Positions 1 through 11,065 of a DNA stretch of 38,114 nucleotides are shown here, one piece after another. Each line of letters begins with the position of its first letter. Position 1 is the stretch's first letter. The notes under the pieces were generated by a model. The model worked only from the letters and a program-made list of their open reading frames with translations, was not told the DNA's origin and made no database searches. The stretch lies in contig NIVC01004686.1 of NCBI GenBank assembly GCA_002269645.1, positions 1 through 38,114 on the forward strand. Reading direction: 5' to 3'. This DNA comes from Macrostomum lignano (Eukaryota). Position numbers and translations under genes: made by a program.

Positions 1-149
1 CTGCAAACCCTAATAAATTGCCTAATATTTGAAAACAAACAAGTCTCGATTATTCCAAATATTATTATAGAAACCTTTGACTTCGCTGCGATAAAACCTA
101 CATGTAATATAACGGTATTGATTACAGGATCTCAGCAGGTTTAATGGCA

Positions 150-648
150 ATTCTCAGGGTGATGTAAGGGTGATTCTCAGGGTGATGTAGGGTGATTCTC
201 AGGGTGATTTAGGGTGATTCTCAGGGTGAGTTAGGGGTGATTCTCAGAGTGATGTAGGGGTGATTCTCAGGGTGATTTAGGGATGATTCTCGGTGATTTA
301 GGGTGATTCTTAGGGTGATGTAGGGGTGATTCTCAGGGTGATTCTCAGGGTGATGTAGGGGTGATTCTTAGGGTGATTTAGGGTGATTCTCAGGGTGAGT
401 TAGGGGTGATTCTCAGAGTGATGTAGGGGTGATTCTCAGGGTGATTTAGGGGTGATTCTCAGGGTGATTTAGGGTGATTCTCAGAGTGATGTAGGGGTGA
501 TTCTCAGAGTGATGTAGGGGTGATTCTCAGAGTGATGTAGGGGTGATTCTCAGAGTGATTTGGGGGTGATTCTCAGGGTGATTAAGGGGTGATTCTCAGA
601 GTGATGTAGGGGTGATACTCAGGGTGATTTAGGGGTGATTGTCAGGGT
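150..648. repeat. G-rich minisatellite, 22-23-bp unit (ttctcagggtgat[g/t]tag[g]ggtga)
   Basis: About 22 tandem copies visible. Each unit has two ~11-bp subunits containing TCAGGG and TTAGGG/GTAGGG. Confidence 0.95.
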
Positions 649-1884
649 AGAATGAGGCAATATTCATTGCAATTAAAATGTGTCCAACATAAAAGTACAC
701 AGACAGAAACTTGTATCGAAATATTTACTCGATACAGATAAATTAGATAAATGAAGTGCAGCAGCAAAAGTGCGTATTGCTGGATGGAAAATGACAAACA
801 AATTATCAGATCATGCTGTGTATAATTTTTAACTTCGTTTGTTTTTCATGTACAAAAAGAAAAAAAACAGATAAGAACATAATAATATACATACTCGATA
901 TAAAAATTAATAGTTTATTACAAAAATACAGTCGTTTAAACAAATTATTGTTGATAGATAAAATAAGAAGAACTGCTATTGAGCATAGGCTAATTCTATT
1001 CATAATTTTGAGAAAAATATATCTAATTGTAATATTAGGACGATTAATTAATTAATTATTAGAACACAGACGATTTATCTATTAGCTAAACTAATTCTGT
1101 TTGATTAAATTAGGCCAGACTAGCAATAAATTTGAAGTAAATTTATCAATATTAATTTCATTACCACCGAAAGCCCTAGTGCATGGATAAATCAATAAAT
1201 GTTTCCAATTTGAAATTGGAAAAAATTGGTAAACTTGCACACCTTTTTAACAAAAAATCAATCAATGTTACACGTTAATAACATTACAGCAGGAGGTTGG
1301 AAAACAGTAAAAATATGTATATACACATTACTAAAAATATGTAAAACCAAAATATTAAATTGCAGAAAACATTGAAACATTTTACTTTTAATCGAATGGA
1401 AGCGAACTTAAAACTAAGTCTATTATTATTTTAGCTACTACGGTTGCAAAATTAATCAACTGAAGTGGAGGGAGTTCGGGGCGCTACTTAGACCGCAACA
1501 AACAGGAAACAGTCGCGATAAATATCGATTATTTTTCATGTAGGCTTTCTGCATTAAAAGCTGGAATAGGCAAAGTCTGCAGATCGATTAAAACAACCAA
1601 TAAGAGATTCGAGAAAGTGCAGTCGGGTAATTATTTATGGAACACGATTGGGACTTTTCTGTTTAACGGAAGTACATTTTGTTACAGCCTTCGGCCAATG
1701 TTATTTACGAGCATTTCAGATTGGTTCCTTTCAAAACTTGAACCCAATATAAAAGCCAAGCTCTTTAACCTGATCCGAAAATTATACAATTAAAGCTTGT
1801 TAGACCCAAGCTTGAATTTAAACTCAAAGACAAGCTCGAAATCTATTTTAAAACTCGATTCTAATTGGCTTAATAGTAAACTAG

Positions 1885-2470
1885 AATTCGAATTGCGTGC
1901 GAACTCAAAGCTCGAACTCAAAGCTGGAACTCAAAGCTCGAACTCGAGCTCAAAAGCTCGAACTCGAAGCTCGAACTCGAACTTAAAAGCTCGAACTCGA
2001 AGCTCGAACTCGAACTTAAAAGCTCGAACTCGAAGCTCGAGCTCGAACTCAAAAGCTCGAACTCGAAGCTCGAACTTGAACTCAAAAGCTCGAACTCGAA
2101 CTCAAAGCTAGAACTGGAACTCAAAGCTCGAACTACTCAAGGCTTGAACTCAAAAACTCGAAGCTCGAACTCAAAAGCTCGAATTCGAAGCTCGAACTCG
2201 AAGCTCGAACTCGAACTCAAAGTTCGAACTCAAAGCTGGAACTCGAACTCAAAGCTCGAACTCGAACTCAAAGCTCGAACTCGAAATCAAAGCTCGAACT
2301 CGAACTCAAAGCTCGAACTCGAACTCAAAAGCTCGAAGTCGAAGCTCGAACTCGAAGCTCGAACTCGAAGCTCGAACTCGAACTCAAAGCTAGAACTCAA
2401 ATCTCGAATTCGAACTCAAAGCTAGAATTGGAACTCAAAGCTCGAACTCGAACTCAAAACTCGAACTCGC
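1885..2470. repeat. CpG-rich tandem repeat built from CTCGAA/CTCAAA/AGCTCG modules
   Basis: Continuous shuffling of gctcgaactc(g/a)aa modules. It ends about 53 nt past the vav stop codon. Confidence 0.93.
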
Positions 2471-2522
2471 GACCATAAAAAAGAAATGCCGCACCAAAGA
2501 CCCCACCCCAGATAATTAATCG

Positions 2523-3050
2523 TCAAGCAGCGAATCCGCCAGCAGCAAAGAACTCTGTCCCAGGCGTAGACACCAGCTGTACAACTTCTGGAGAGAACAC
2601 GCCAACCGAACCGTTGGCCCGCCGGCCTCGCCAAAGAGTGCCGTTGACCCCGGCCGGCTGGCACTGGCCCAGCAGGGTGACGGTCTCGCCAGCCACGAGA
2701 GCCAGATGTCCCGGGACGGCATAGTCCCGCAGCGCCAGGGCGTAGCCAACAACGCTACTGCGTCTTGGAGTTGACGTGCCCAGCAGGGCGGCGCCAGATG
2801 CCGGTTGAGCAGTGCCGAGGCCGCTGCTCTGGCTGTTGCTTCTCGAGTACACAGCAGGCGGCTGCTGCTGCTGCGTTGGAGGCGGAGGCGGCGGCGGCAA
2901 CGGCCGAGGCAAATCCAGTTTGATCGGCCTGGCCAGAGTGGCGTCCAGATCGGTGAAGCATTCGCACAACGAGTTGAGGCTATAGTGCTCCACTAGAGCT
3001 GGGATGCTGGGGAATGTCCTGATCTCGCCCAGGTAGTAACAGTTGGAGGC
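2523..3050 (-). CDS. VAV: Vav-family GEF exon 4 (last): second half of SH2, Pro/Gln linker, C-terminal SH3
   Basis: Acceptor cacactccag|GCC at 3051/3050, phase 0. Reads ASNCYYLGEIRTFPSIPALVEHYSLNSLCECFTDLDATLARP (Vav SH2 end), then ALRDYAVPGHLALVAGETV..LWRGRRANGSVGVFSPEVV (SH3). TGA at 2525-2523. Confidence 0.92.
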   Translation of the reverse strand, partial: ASNCYYLGEIRTFPSIPALVEHYSLNSLCECFTDLDATLARPIKLDLPRPLPPPPPPPTQQQQPPAVYSRSNSQSSGLGTAQPASGAALLGTSTPRRSSVVGYALALRDYAVPGHLALVAGETVTLLGQCQPAGVNGTLWRGRRANGSVGVFSPEVVQLVSTPGTEFFAAGGFAA

Positions 3051-3139
3051 CTGGAGTGTGGAGTGTTGTGGAATTAATGAGCTATTAAAGTGCTTAAAGT
3101 GCTCAGTTAGACACTGAATAACATACGTGTTAGTACATT

Positions 3140-5715
3140 AAATAGCCTACTTATTAACCTACTAATTAACCTACTAAATAACCCACACATTAACCTACTA
3201 AATAACCTACATATTAACCTACTAATTAACGTACTAAATAGCCTAACTCATCAACCTACTCATTAACCTACAAATTAACGTAAGAAAAAGCCTACTCTAT
3301 AACCTACTAAAAAACCCACTTATTAACCTACTAAATAACCTACACATTAACCTACTAAATAACCTACCTATTAAGCTACTAATTAACCTACTAATTAACC
3401 TACTAAATAACCCACTTATTAACCTACTAAATAACCCACTTATTAACCTACTAATTAACCTACTATTACCAACTAAATAACCCACACATTAAACTACTAA
3501 ATAGCCTAACTCATCAACCTACTAAATAACCTACTAATTAACGTAAGAAAAAGCCTACTCTATAACCTACTAAAAAACCCACTTATTAACTTACAAAATA
3601 ACCTACACATTAACCTACTAAATAACCTACCTATTAAGCTACTAATTACCTACTAAATAACCCACTTACTAACCTACTAAATAACCAACTTATTAACCTA
3701 CTAAATAACCCACTTATTAACCTACTAAATAACCCACTTACTAACCTACTAAATAACCCACTTATTAACCTACTAAATAACCAACTTATTAACCTACTAA
3801 ATAACCCACTTATTAACCTACTAAATAACCCACTTATTAACCTACTAAATAACCCACTTACTAACCTACTAAATAACCCACTTATTAACCTACTAAATAA
3901 CCCACTTACTAACCTACTAAATAACCCACTTATTAACCTACTAAATAACCCACTTACTAACCTACTAAATAACCCACTTATTAACCTACTAAATAACCCA
4001 CTTACTAACCTACTAAATAACCCACTTATTAACCTACTAAATAACCAACTTATTAACCTACTAAATAACCCACTTACTAACCTCCTAAATAACCAACTTA
4101 TTAACCTACTAAATAACCAACTTATTAACCTACTAAATAACTTACTTATTAACCTACTAAATAACCCACTTATTAACCTACTAAATAACCCACTTACTAA
4201 CCTACTAAATAACCAACTTATTAACCTACTAAATAACCCACTTATTAACCTACTAAATAACCAACTCATAACCTACTAAATAACCCACTTACTAACCTAC
4301 TAAATAACCCACTTATTAACCTACTAAATAACCCACTTATTAACCTACTAAATAACCCACTTACTAACCTACTAAATAACCAACTTATTAACCTACTAAA
4401 TAACCAACTTATTAACCTACTAAATAACCCACTTATTAACCTACTAAATAACCCACTTATTAACCTACTAAATAACCCACTTATTAACCTACTAAATAAC
4501 CCACTTACTAACCTACTAAATAACCCACTTATTAACCTACTAAATAACCCACTTACTAACCTACTAAATAACCCACTTATTAACCTACTAAATAACCCAC
4601 TTATTAACCTACTAAATAACCAACTTATTAACCTACTAAATAACCCACTTATTAACCTACTAAATAACCCACTTACTAACCTACTAAATAACCCACTTAT
4701 TAACCTACTAAATAACCCACTTATTAACCTACTAAATAACCCACTTATTAACCTACTAAATAACCCACTTATTAACCTACTAAATAACCCACTTACTAAC
4801 CTACTAAATAACCCACTTATTAACCTACTAAATAACCCACTTATTAACCTACTAAATAACCCACTTATTAACCTACTAAATAACCCACTTATTAACCTAC
4901 TAAATAACCCACTTACTAACCTACTAAATAACCCACTTACTAACCTACTAAATAACCCACTTATTAACCTACTAAATAACCAACTTATTAACCTACTAAA
5001 TAACCCACTTATTAACCTACTAAATAACCCACTTATTAACCTACTAAATAACCAACTTATTAACCTACTAAATAACCCACTTATTAACCTACTAAATAAC
5101 CCACTTACTAACCTACTAAATAACCAACTTATTAACCTACTAAATAACCAACTTATTAACCTACTAAATAACCAACTTATTAACCTACTAAATAACCCAC
5201 TTACTAACCTACTAAATAACCCACTTATTAACCTACTAAATAACCAACTTATTAACCTACTAAATAACCCACTTATTAACCTACTAAATAACCCACTTAC
5301 TAACCTACTAAATAACCCACTTACTAACCTACTAAATAACCCACTTACTAACCTACTAAATAACCCACTTACTAACCTACTAAATAACCCACTTACTAAC
5401 CTACTAAATAACCCACTTACTAACCTACTAAATAACCAACTTATTAACCTACTAAATAACCCACTTATTAACCTACTAAATAACCCACTTATTAACCTAC
5501 TAAATAACCCACTTACTAACCTACTAAATAACCCACTTATTAACCTACTAAATAACCAACTTATTAACCTACTAAATAACCAACTTATTAACCTACTAAA
5601 TAACCAACTTATTAACCTACTAAATAACCCACTTATTAAACTACTAAATAACCCACTTACTAACCTACTAAATAACCCACTTATTAACCTACTAATTAAC
5701 CTACTAAACAACCTA
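3140..5715. repeat. 24-bp minisatellite (aacctactaaataaccc/aacttat/ct) filling vav intron 3
   Basis: About 100 copies. Homogeneous 3650-5700, degenerate at both edges. Lies inside the inferred intron 3051-5787. Confidence 0.97.
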
Positions 5716-5787
5716 CTGACAAACTTAGAGACGGATCCAGACAGACCCATTAGTCACCCGATAACGCATGACTGCTGCAGAACTGAC

Positions 5788-6158
5788 CTGTTGAATTCTC
5801 ATATGCTTGATGGTCTCCCTATACCGCAGGCTGATCGCATAGTCCATGCTGCTAGTTAGGCTAAGCCGCACTAGAAATGTGCCAACCGGCTGACCCAGCA
5901 GGGCGTCACGCGCCATCTCGCGGGACATGGGACCGACGAACCAGTCGTGATGGTCCAGGGGGTGGCCAGTGCTGTCTGTCGATCCGCCTCGACTAAACCG
6001 CCGCGTGATCTGGTCAGGAGCAGGAGGAGGCTGGTCGCCGTTGACCGGCTGGGGCTTCGGCGACGGCGAGAATTCCTCGATAACAGCAGCGGGAATTCTC
6101 AATGGCATCAGCTGATTGGGAGCGGACGGCGAGAACTCCGTGGCGTCTGTTGAATGTC
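5788..6158 (-). CDS. VAV: Vav-family GEF exon 3: linker and first half of SH2
   Basis: Acceptor ctccgcag|GA (phase 1) and donor CAG|gtcagt (phase 0). SH2 motif WFVGPMSREMARDALLGQPVGTFLVRLS..YAISLRYRETIKHMRI. Phases match the neighbouring exons. Confidence 0.92.
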
Positions 6159-6194
6159 CTGCGGAGTCGAGTGGGGATTGAGCGCTTGAGAGGC

Positions 6195-6765
6195 CGATTC
6201 TCAGGGTGGATTAGAGGGAGATTCTCAGGGTGGATTAGAGGGCGATTCTCAGGGTAGATTAGAGGGCGATTCTCAGGGTGAATTAGAGGGCGATTCTCAG
6301 GGTAGATTAGAGGGAGATTCTCAGGGTGGATTAGAGGGCGATTCTCAGGGTAGATTAGAGGGCGATTCTCAGGGTGAATTAGAGGGCGATTCTCAGGGTA
6401 GATTAGAGGGAGATTCTCAGGGTGGATTAGAGGGCGATTCTCAGGGTAGATTAGAGGGCGATTCTCAGGGTGAATTAGAGGGCGATTCTCAGGGTAGATT
6501 AGAGGGAGATTCTCAGGTGGATTAGAGGGCGATTCTCAGGGTAGATTAGAGGGCGATTCTCAGGGTGGATTTGAGGGAGATTCTCAGGGTGGATTAGAAG
6601 GAGATTCTCAGGGTGGATTTGAGGGCGATTCTCAGGGTGGATTTGAGGGCGATTCTCAGGGTGGATTTGAGGGCGATTCTCAGGGTGGATTGGAGGGCGA
6701 TTCTCAGGGTGGATTAGAGGGAGATTTTCAGGGTGGATTAGAGGGAGATTTTCAGGGTGGTTCTC
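6195..6765. repeat. 24-bp minisatellite (ttctcagggtggattagaggg[c/a]ga) filling vav intron 2
   Basis: About 23 tandem copies inside intron 6159-6837. Shares the ttctcagggtg core with the array at 150-648. Confidence 0.96.
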
Positions 6766-6837
6766 AGTACTGAATACACTGACGCTTATGGGAAATACAA
6801 AGCATGCTACTCATAAGTAGCCACAATCGAAACTCAC

Positions 6838-7327
6838 TAGTCTGAACAGCTGGCGCACTATTGGGACCTCCTGGCGCGGAATTGGCACCGGCGCCAAATT
6901 CGCCAAAGCGCGGCGCAATGATCTCAGAATTGGACCGATCGGGCCGGCTGGGAATGCAGGCGGGATGCACTTTCTTGCCAGTCTTCCTGCACCTGTAGCC
7001 CTGATAGAAGCAGCCAAGAATGAGCCTATTGCACACCGAACAATAGGTTGGCAGATCGAACGTGGCCGGCTCGAAGTAGTGGCCAAACATGTTGAAATTC
7101 GGCGGAGCGAGCACCTCTTTAGAGCGCTGGAATGCTTCCAGCCAGCGCCGCCGGGACTCCTTGGTCTTGGCTATGAACACCATGTTGATGCCGTCTTTGG
7201 AGCCCTGCTGCTGCTGCTGCTGTTGCGGTTGCGGCTGGTCGCTGACTGAGAACAGCCAGGTCCATTTGGTGTTGCCAGCAGGTTGCGGCTGCTGCTGTTG
7301 CTGGGGTGACACCTGCTGCTGAGCAGT
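6838..7327 (-). CDS. VAV: Vav-family GEF exon 2: PH C-terminal part and C1 domain
   Basis: Acceptor ccactgcag|ACT (phase 0) and donor ACTA|gtgagt (phase 1). Contains VFIAKTKESRRRWLEAF (PH C-terminal helix) and HYFEPATFDLPTYCSVCNRLILGCFYQGYRC (Vav C1). Confidence 0.92.
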
Positions 7328-7369
7328 CTGCAGTGGCAATTATTAGCGATTTGTAGCCCCACTATCTCA

Positions 7370-7835
7370 TTCCATACGATCTCTAATCTCACGATAAAAA
7401 TGCCTAATCTCACCCTAAAGAACCTATGATCTCAACCTATGGAATTATGGAATCTCCAATCTAACCCTAAAAACTCCAGTCTTCCAATAAAGAATCTCCG
7501 AACTCACCCTAAAGAATGTCTAATCGCACCCTAAAAAACTATAATCTCACTCTAAACAATCTTCTTTTTCACTCTATAGAATCTCTTATCTCACCCTTTA
7601 GAATCTCCTATCTTACTCTACACAGAATCTCTTATCCTATCTTACTCTAGATAGAATCTTTTATCTCACCCCATAGAATCTCCTATCCTATTCTAACCTA
7701 TAGAATCTCTAATCTCACCCTGTAAAATCTCTTATCACACCCTATAGAATCTCCTATCCTACTCTACAGAATCTCCTTTCTCACCCTAGCGAATTGTCAA
7801 TCTATTGATAATATCTAATCTCACCCTATACAGTC
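7370..7835. repeat. Degenerate C-rich tandem repeat (atctcaccctatagaatct-like) in vav intron 1
   Basis: Recurrent ctcaccct[a/t] and gaatctc motifs. It is a reverse-complement relative of the tcagggtga repeats. Confidence 0.75.
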
Positions 7836-7914
7836 TTAAATAAGACTCTGAGAAGTCTAAAGAATAAAGAAGCCAATAAACAAATAAAAAAGCAGCACAA
7901 GCCGGAAGCCTCAC

Positions 7915-9666
7915 CGTCTGTTGCAGCTGTGCAACGCTCTTCTTCCCAGTCGGCGGGCAGTCAATCGGTTTAATAACCAGATCGGTTTTAATGGCGAACA
8001 CATTTTTAAATATGTAGCCTTCTTTGCCGGGTCCCCGACTCTTTACCAGCATGCAGATCCGGTTCCATAGGAAACAGTAGCGCAATTTACTACCGGAAGT
8101 AGGCCTGTTAGGATCGTTAGCCACCTTCAATTCTTCGTCAATCTGCAAGCGGCCATAATCGATGAGTCGCATAGAGGGTGGCAGGTCTAAATCGTCAATG
8201 GTGTTCTGAATCTGATCAATCAATGCCATCATTTCCAGGTCGCGTTTCACTTCGTTAACATAGTCCGCAACTTCGCACATCGCTTCGTGAGCTTCGCGTA
8301 ATTGGGATAAATCTAATTGGGAAGCTGACTGCTGCTGCTGCGGCTGAGCTGCCAGCTTCTCTTCAATACTGATGAGGCTGCGGAGTAGCAGGTGATACTT
8401 GAGCACCCGTTGCACCGGTACGGTGAGATATTCGCTCAGTTTAAACAATGCCCGACAATTGCTGAGATGCTGTTGCAATTCGTCGCTTTTACGCTTGTCG
8501 CATTTGCAAGCGTTCTCAACCAGCTTCTGCGCCCTGGCCAAGTGGCCGCTGTACTGACCATAAACCAGCATCCGGTCTTTGAATGAGCTGAACACTTGAG
8601 GCAGAGACTTAGCGTGCTCAGGCTTCAACACTACAGCAATTTGAAGCTCCTGCAGCAGTTTTTGATGCAAGCTGGACAGCTCGGGCAGAAATTTGAATAT
8701 TGTATCGACTTCATCGGCTGACCAAGCCGACTGCTTGGCTTTCATTGGCTGCATCACGTCTTCTACTAGGAGACGAAGTGTCTCAACGTAGTTACGTTCG
8801 GTGTCTACCATCTCCTGGATGCACAGATCCTGCGGTGTCAGACCTTTGACCGGCTGCTGCTGCTGCTGTTGTTGCTGTTGCTTCTGTTGCTGTTGCTGCT
8901 GCTGAGGCTGCTGTGGCTGCTTCCCCCTCAAGTTGATGATGCAATCGTAGACTTTCTCTTCGACTTGTTGAGAGCAGCAGCTGCTGACGCCGCTGGTGTT
9001 GAGACTGACATCAGCAATTGCTTGGTTCAACTGCTGCTGCTGCTGCTGCTGGTCTGTACCGTGTTTCTGCTGCAGCCGGTGCTTGCTGTGCACAGGCGCT
9101 GGCTCCGGCACTGAGTCTGCAACAAAACTGTAATAGTCTGACTCCGCCTGCGGACTGCATCGGGCAATTTCGAACCCGGCAATGCCACTCTGCCTAGCCC
9201 TGGGACACCTGGACAAGGTTGACAGCGCATCAATAATGCCAATTATATTCTCCTGTTCAAGCAGATCCTCGGCGCGAAACAGGTCAGATCGTTTTAAACC
9301 GAAATAAGATTCGCACTGATTCAGAAAAGCGCCAATATTCTTTTTAAATACGAACGGAGAATTCAGCGTCATCAGTTTGAATCCGTCAAGAGTTTTCAGA
9401 GTGATGTCGTTGCAGCTGAGCGCCGGCAGGATGTGGCACAGTAAAATGCCATCCTTTAATAAGCTCAGCAGATCCACCACTGTAGCCTGCGGATCGCCAA
9501 GCACAGTCTGAGCAGTCTGCAAAATATCCGGCACATTTTCTAAGCACCGGAACAGCCACTCTGCGCAGGGTCGCCATTGATTTTTAACGGCTTCATCCGA
9601 ACTGCTACTAAAAGTAGCATTGTTATTAGTTGACGCCAGATCAGGTGTTGCTACTGCAGTGGACAT
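7915..9666 (-). CDS. VAV: Vav-family GEF exon 1: CH, acidic region, DH (RhoGEF), PH N-terminal part
   Basis: First ATG at 9666 (the track's 9711 start is TTG). CH: LKDGILLCHIL..NIGAFL..FGL...LF. Regulatory Tyr candidate EEKVYDCI. DH: CIQEMVDTERNYVETL, LSEYLTVPVQRVLKYHLLL, VADYVNEVKRD. PH: DYGRLQIDEELKV. Donor ACG|gtgagg. The four exons total 3141 nt, or 1046 aa plus stop. Confidence 0.95.
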
Positions 9667-9809
9667 TGTTGTATCGATTGGTAGCGGCGGCAATTGGCGA
9701 CGACCCGACAATGGGCGGCCAGATTTTGGGCTGCAAGTTTTTTTGGATCGGCTGCTTTTAGCGTTTCACATTTGATTTAGAATTTTACATTTTAATAACT
9801 TAAACAATC

Positions 9810-10175
9810 CCAGAGCTACTCCTCGGGGGGGGGGCGCCCTGATGTGCCAGCGACCCAGGCTCGATTCCAAGTGCAGTCGCATTCATTTTGAGGCTAAACT
9901 GGAATTTCGGCTTGGCTCTGCTCGTGCAAGTTAACACCTTTGAGTGCCAGACCCAAGGCACAGTGAAATGTACATGCCTAACGATAAATAAAGTCAGGGC
10001 TGCTGTACACTCCTGTGTGAGTTTGTGCCTGTGCGTATGACTGCGTACGTATCCGCGCGCTTGTGTGCCTGCCCAGGGGAGTCGGCGGAATGGGCAGTAA
10101 TGCCTCTCGCCGGTTGTGTGACAATGTCGCTTAAGGTGCGCCAGGGTGCACACAACCCCCTGCCTCCAACTAAAA
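9810..10175 (+). mobile_element. Possible tRNA-derived SINE-like element (GC-rich island)
   Basis: cgacccaggctcgattcc resembles a tRNA T-arm/B box (GGCTCGATTCC at 9858-9868). It shares a ~20-nt motif with the SINE at 10650-11065. No clear A box. Confidence 0.4.
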
Positions 10176-10649
10176 AGTATCCTAAAAGAGCATTCACAAT
10201 CCTTGATTATTACTCACAGCACAGCAGACGACTTTAAAGCCAAGGCATCCCAATGCAATTTCAATTCAGCAACGCTAAATCTTTTGTTATTGTATGCCGT
10301 ATTCTTTTTAGCATTCATTATAATAGGCTATATTATGAAGAACTAGATAGATAAAATTATTCCAGCTAGCCTAGATATATATATAATGAAGAGAAGGAGA
10401 GAGACAGGGAGGCGAAGAAACAGTGGGTTAGGGACAGAGCTGAATGATCAAATTAGAAGCCAAAGAAGCCATTATTTGTGCACTTGACTTTTGCATCATT
10501 TTTTTCAATTGAAAAGACTAAGTAGAATTAATATACAAAAAATTAGTATAAGACAGAAAGATCGGTAAATTGATACGCGACTGAACAATATTCTGAAGCC
10601 AGCTTAGCTAACAACAGGCCTTATTCATTCTAGAACCCATAGGAAACAT

Positions 10650-11065
10650 GCATATATGCTATTTGCGCACTATACCAGTTGGAAGTCAAATTAACCCATG
10701 CCTACTGTGCCTACTGTGCGTCTTATGCTGTGGCAAAGACAACCAAAGCACGCACACTCGCTCACACAGGAGGTACAGCGCCCCAATTCGGACAGATGTG
10801 CAACCGACAGCTCAGCCGCAGCTATTGCGCGGCGCATCTGAAGGCTGCGTACGGCTGTTCAGTCCAAGGACTGGGGGGGGGGGGGTTGCCACACACAGCC
10901 TCAATTACCCCAGCTAATGCTGGCACCCATTTTACAACTGGGTGAACTGAAGCAATGCAGAGTTTAGTGTCTTGCTCAAGGACACAAATTGTTCCGAGTG
11001 GCTCGAGAATCGAACCCCCGACCTTCAAGTCGTGAGTCTGACGCTCTAACTACTCTCCCCTCCTC
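10650..11065 (-). mobile_element. tRNA-derived SINE with CORE/Meta-like central domain
   Basis: Minus strand: A-box-like TAGTTAGAGCG (11052-11042) and B box GGTTCGATTC (11016-11007), then gtgtccttgagcaagacactaaactctgcattgcttcagttcacccagttgtaaaatggg. This parallels the conserved central domain of CORE/Meta SINE superfamilies as I recall it. The 3' boundary is approximate. Confidence 0.75.

Noticed and set aside
1797-2425. Ser/Lys-rich and SSSSFEFEL ORFs
   Set aside because: Both strands are open only because of the CTCGAA repeat.
3646-5750. 494-aa and 207-aa ORFs of repeated SRLISGLF
   Set aside because: Translations of a stop-free 24-bp minisatellite inside vav intron 3. They are out of frame with exon 3 and have no credible start or splice context.
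7786-7914. C-terminal extension of the 641-aa ORF (VRLPACAAFLFVYW...)
   Set aside because: Read-through into intron 1 past a consensus donor (ACG|gtgagg). Splicing there restores the PH domain.
8392-9577. Short antisense and alternate-frame ORFs overlapping vav, the lectin, thioredoxin and INCENP-like exons
   Set aside because: Shadow ORFs of GC-rich, CAG-repeat coding sequence with no independent motifs.
10995-11065. Functional tRNA gene
   Set aside because: Has A/B-box-like motifs but no complete cloverleaf or acceptor stem, and runs straight into a SINE central domain.
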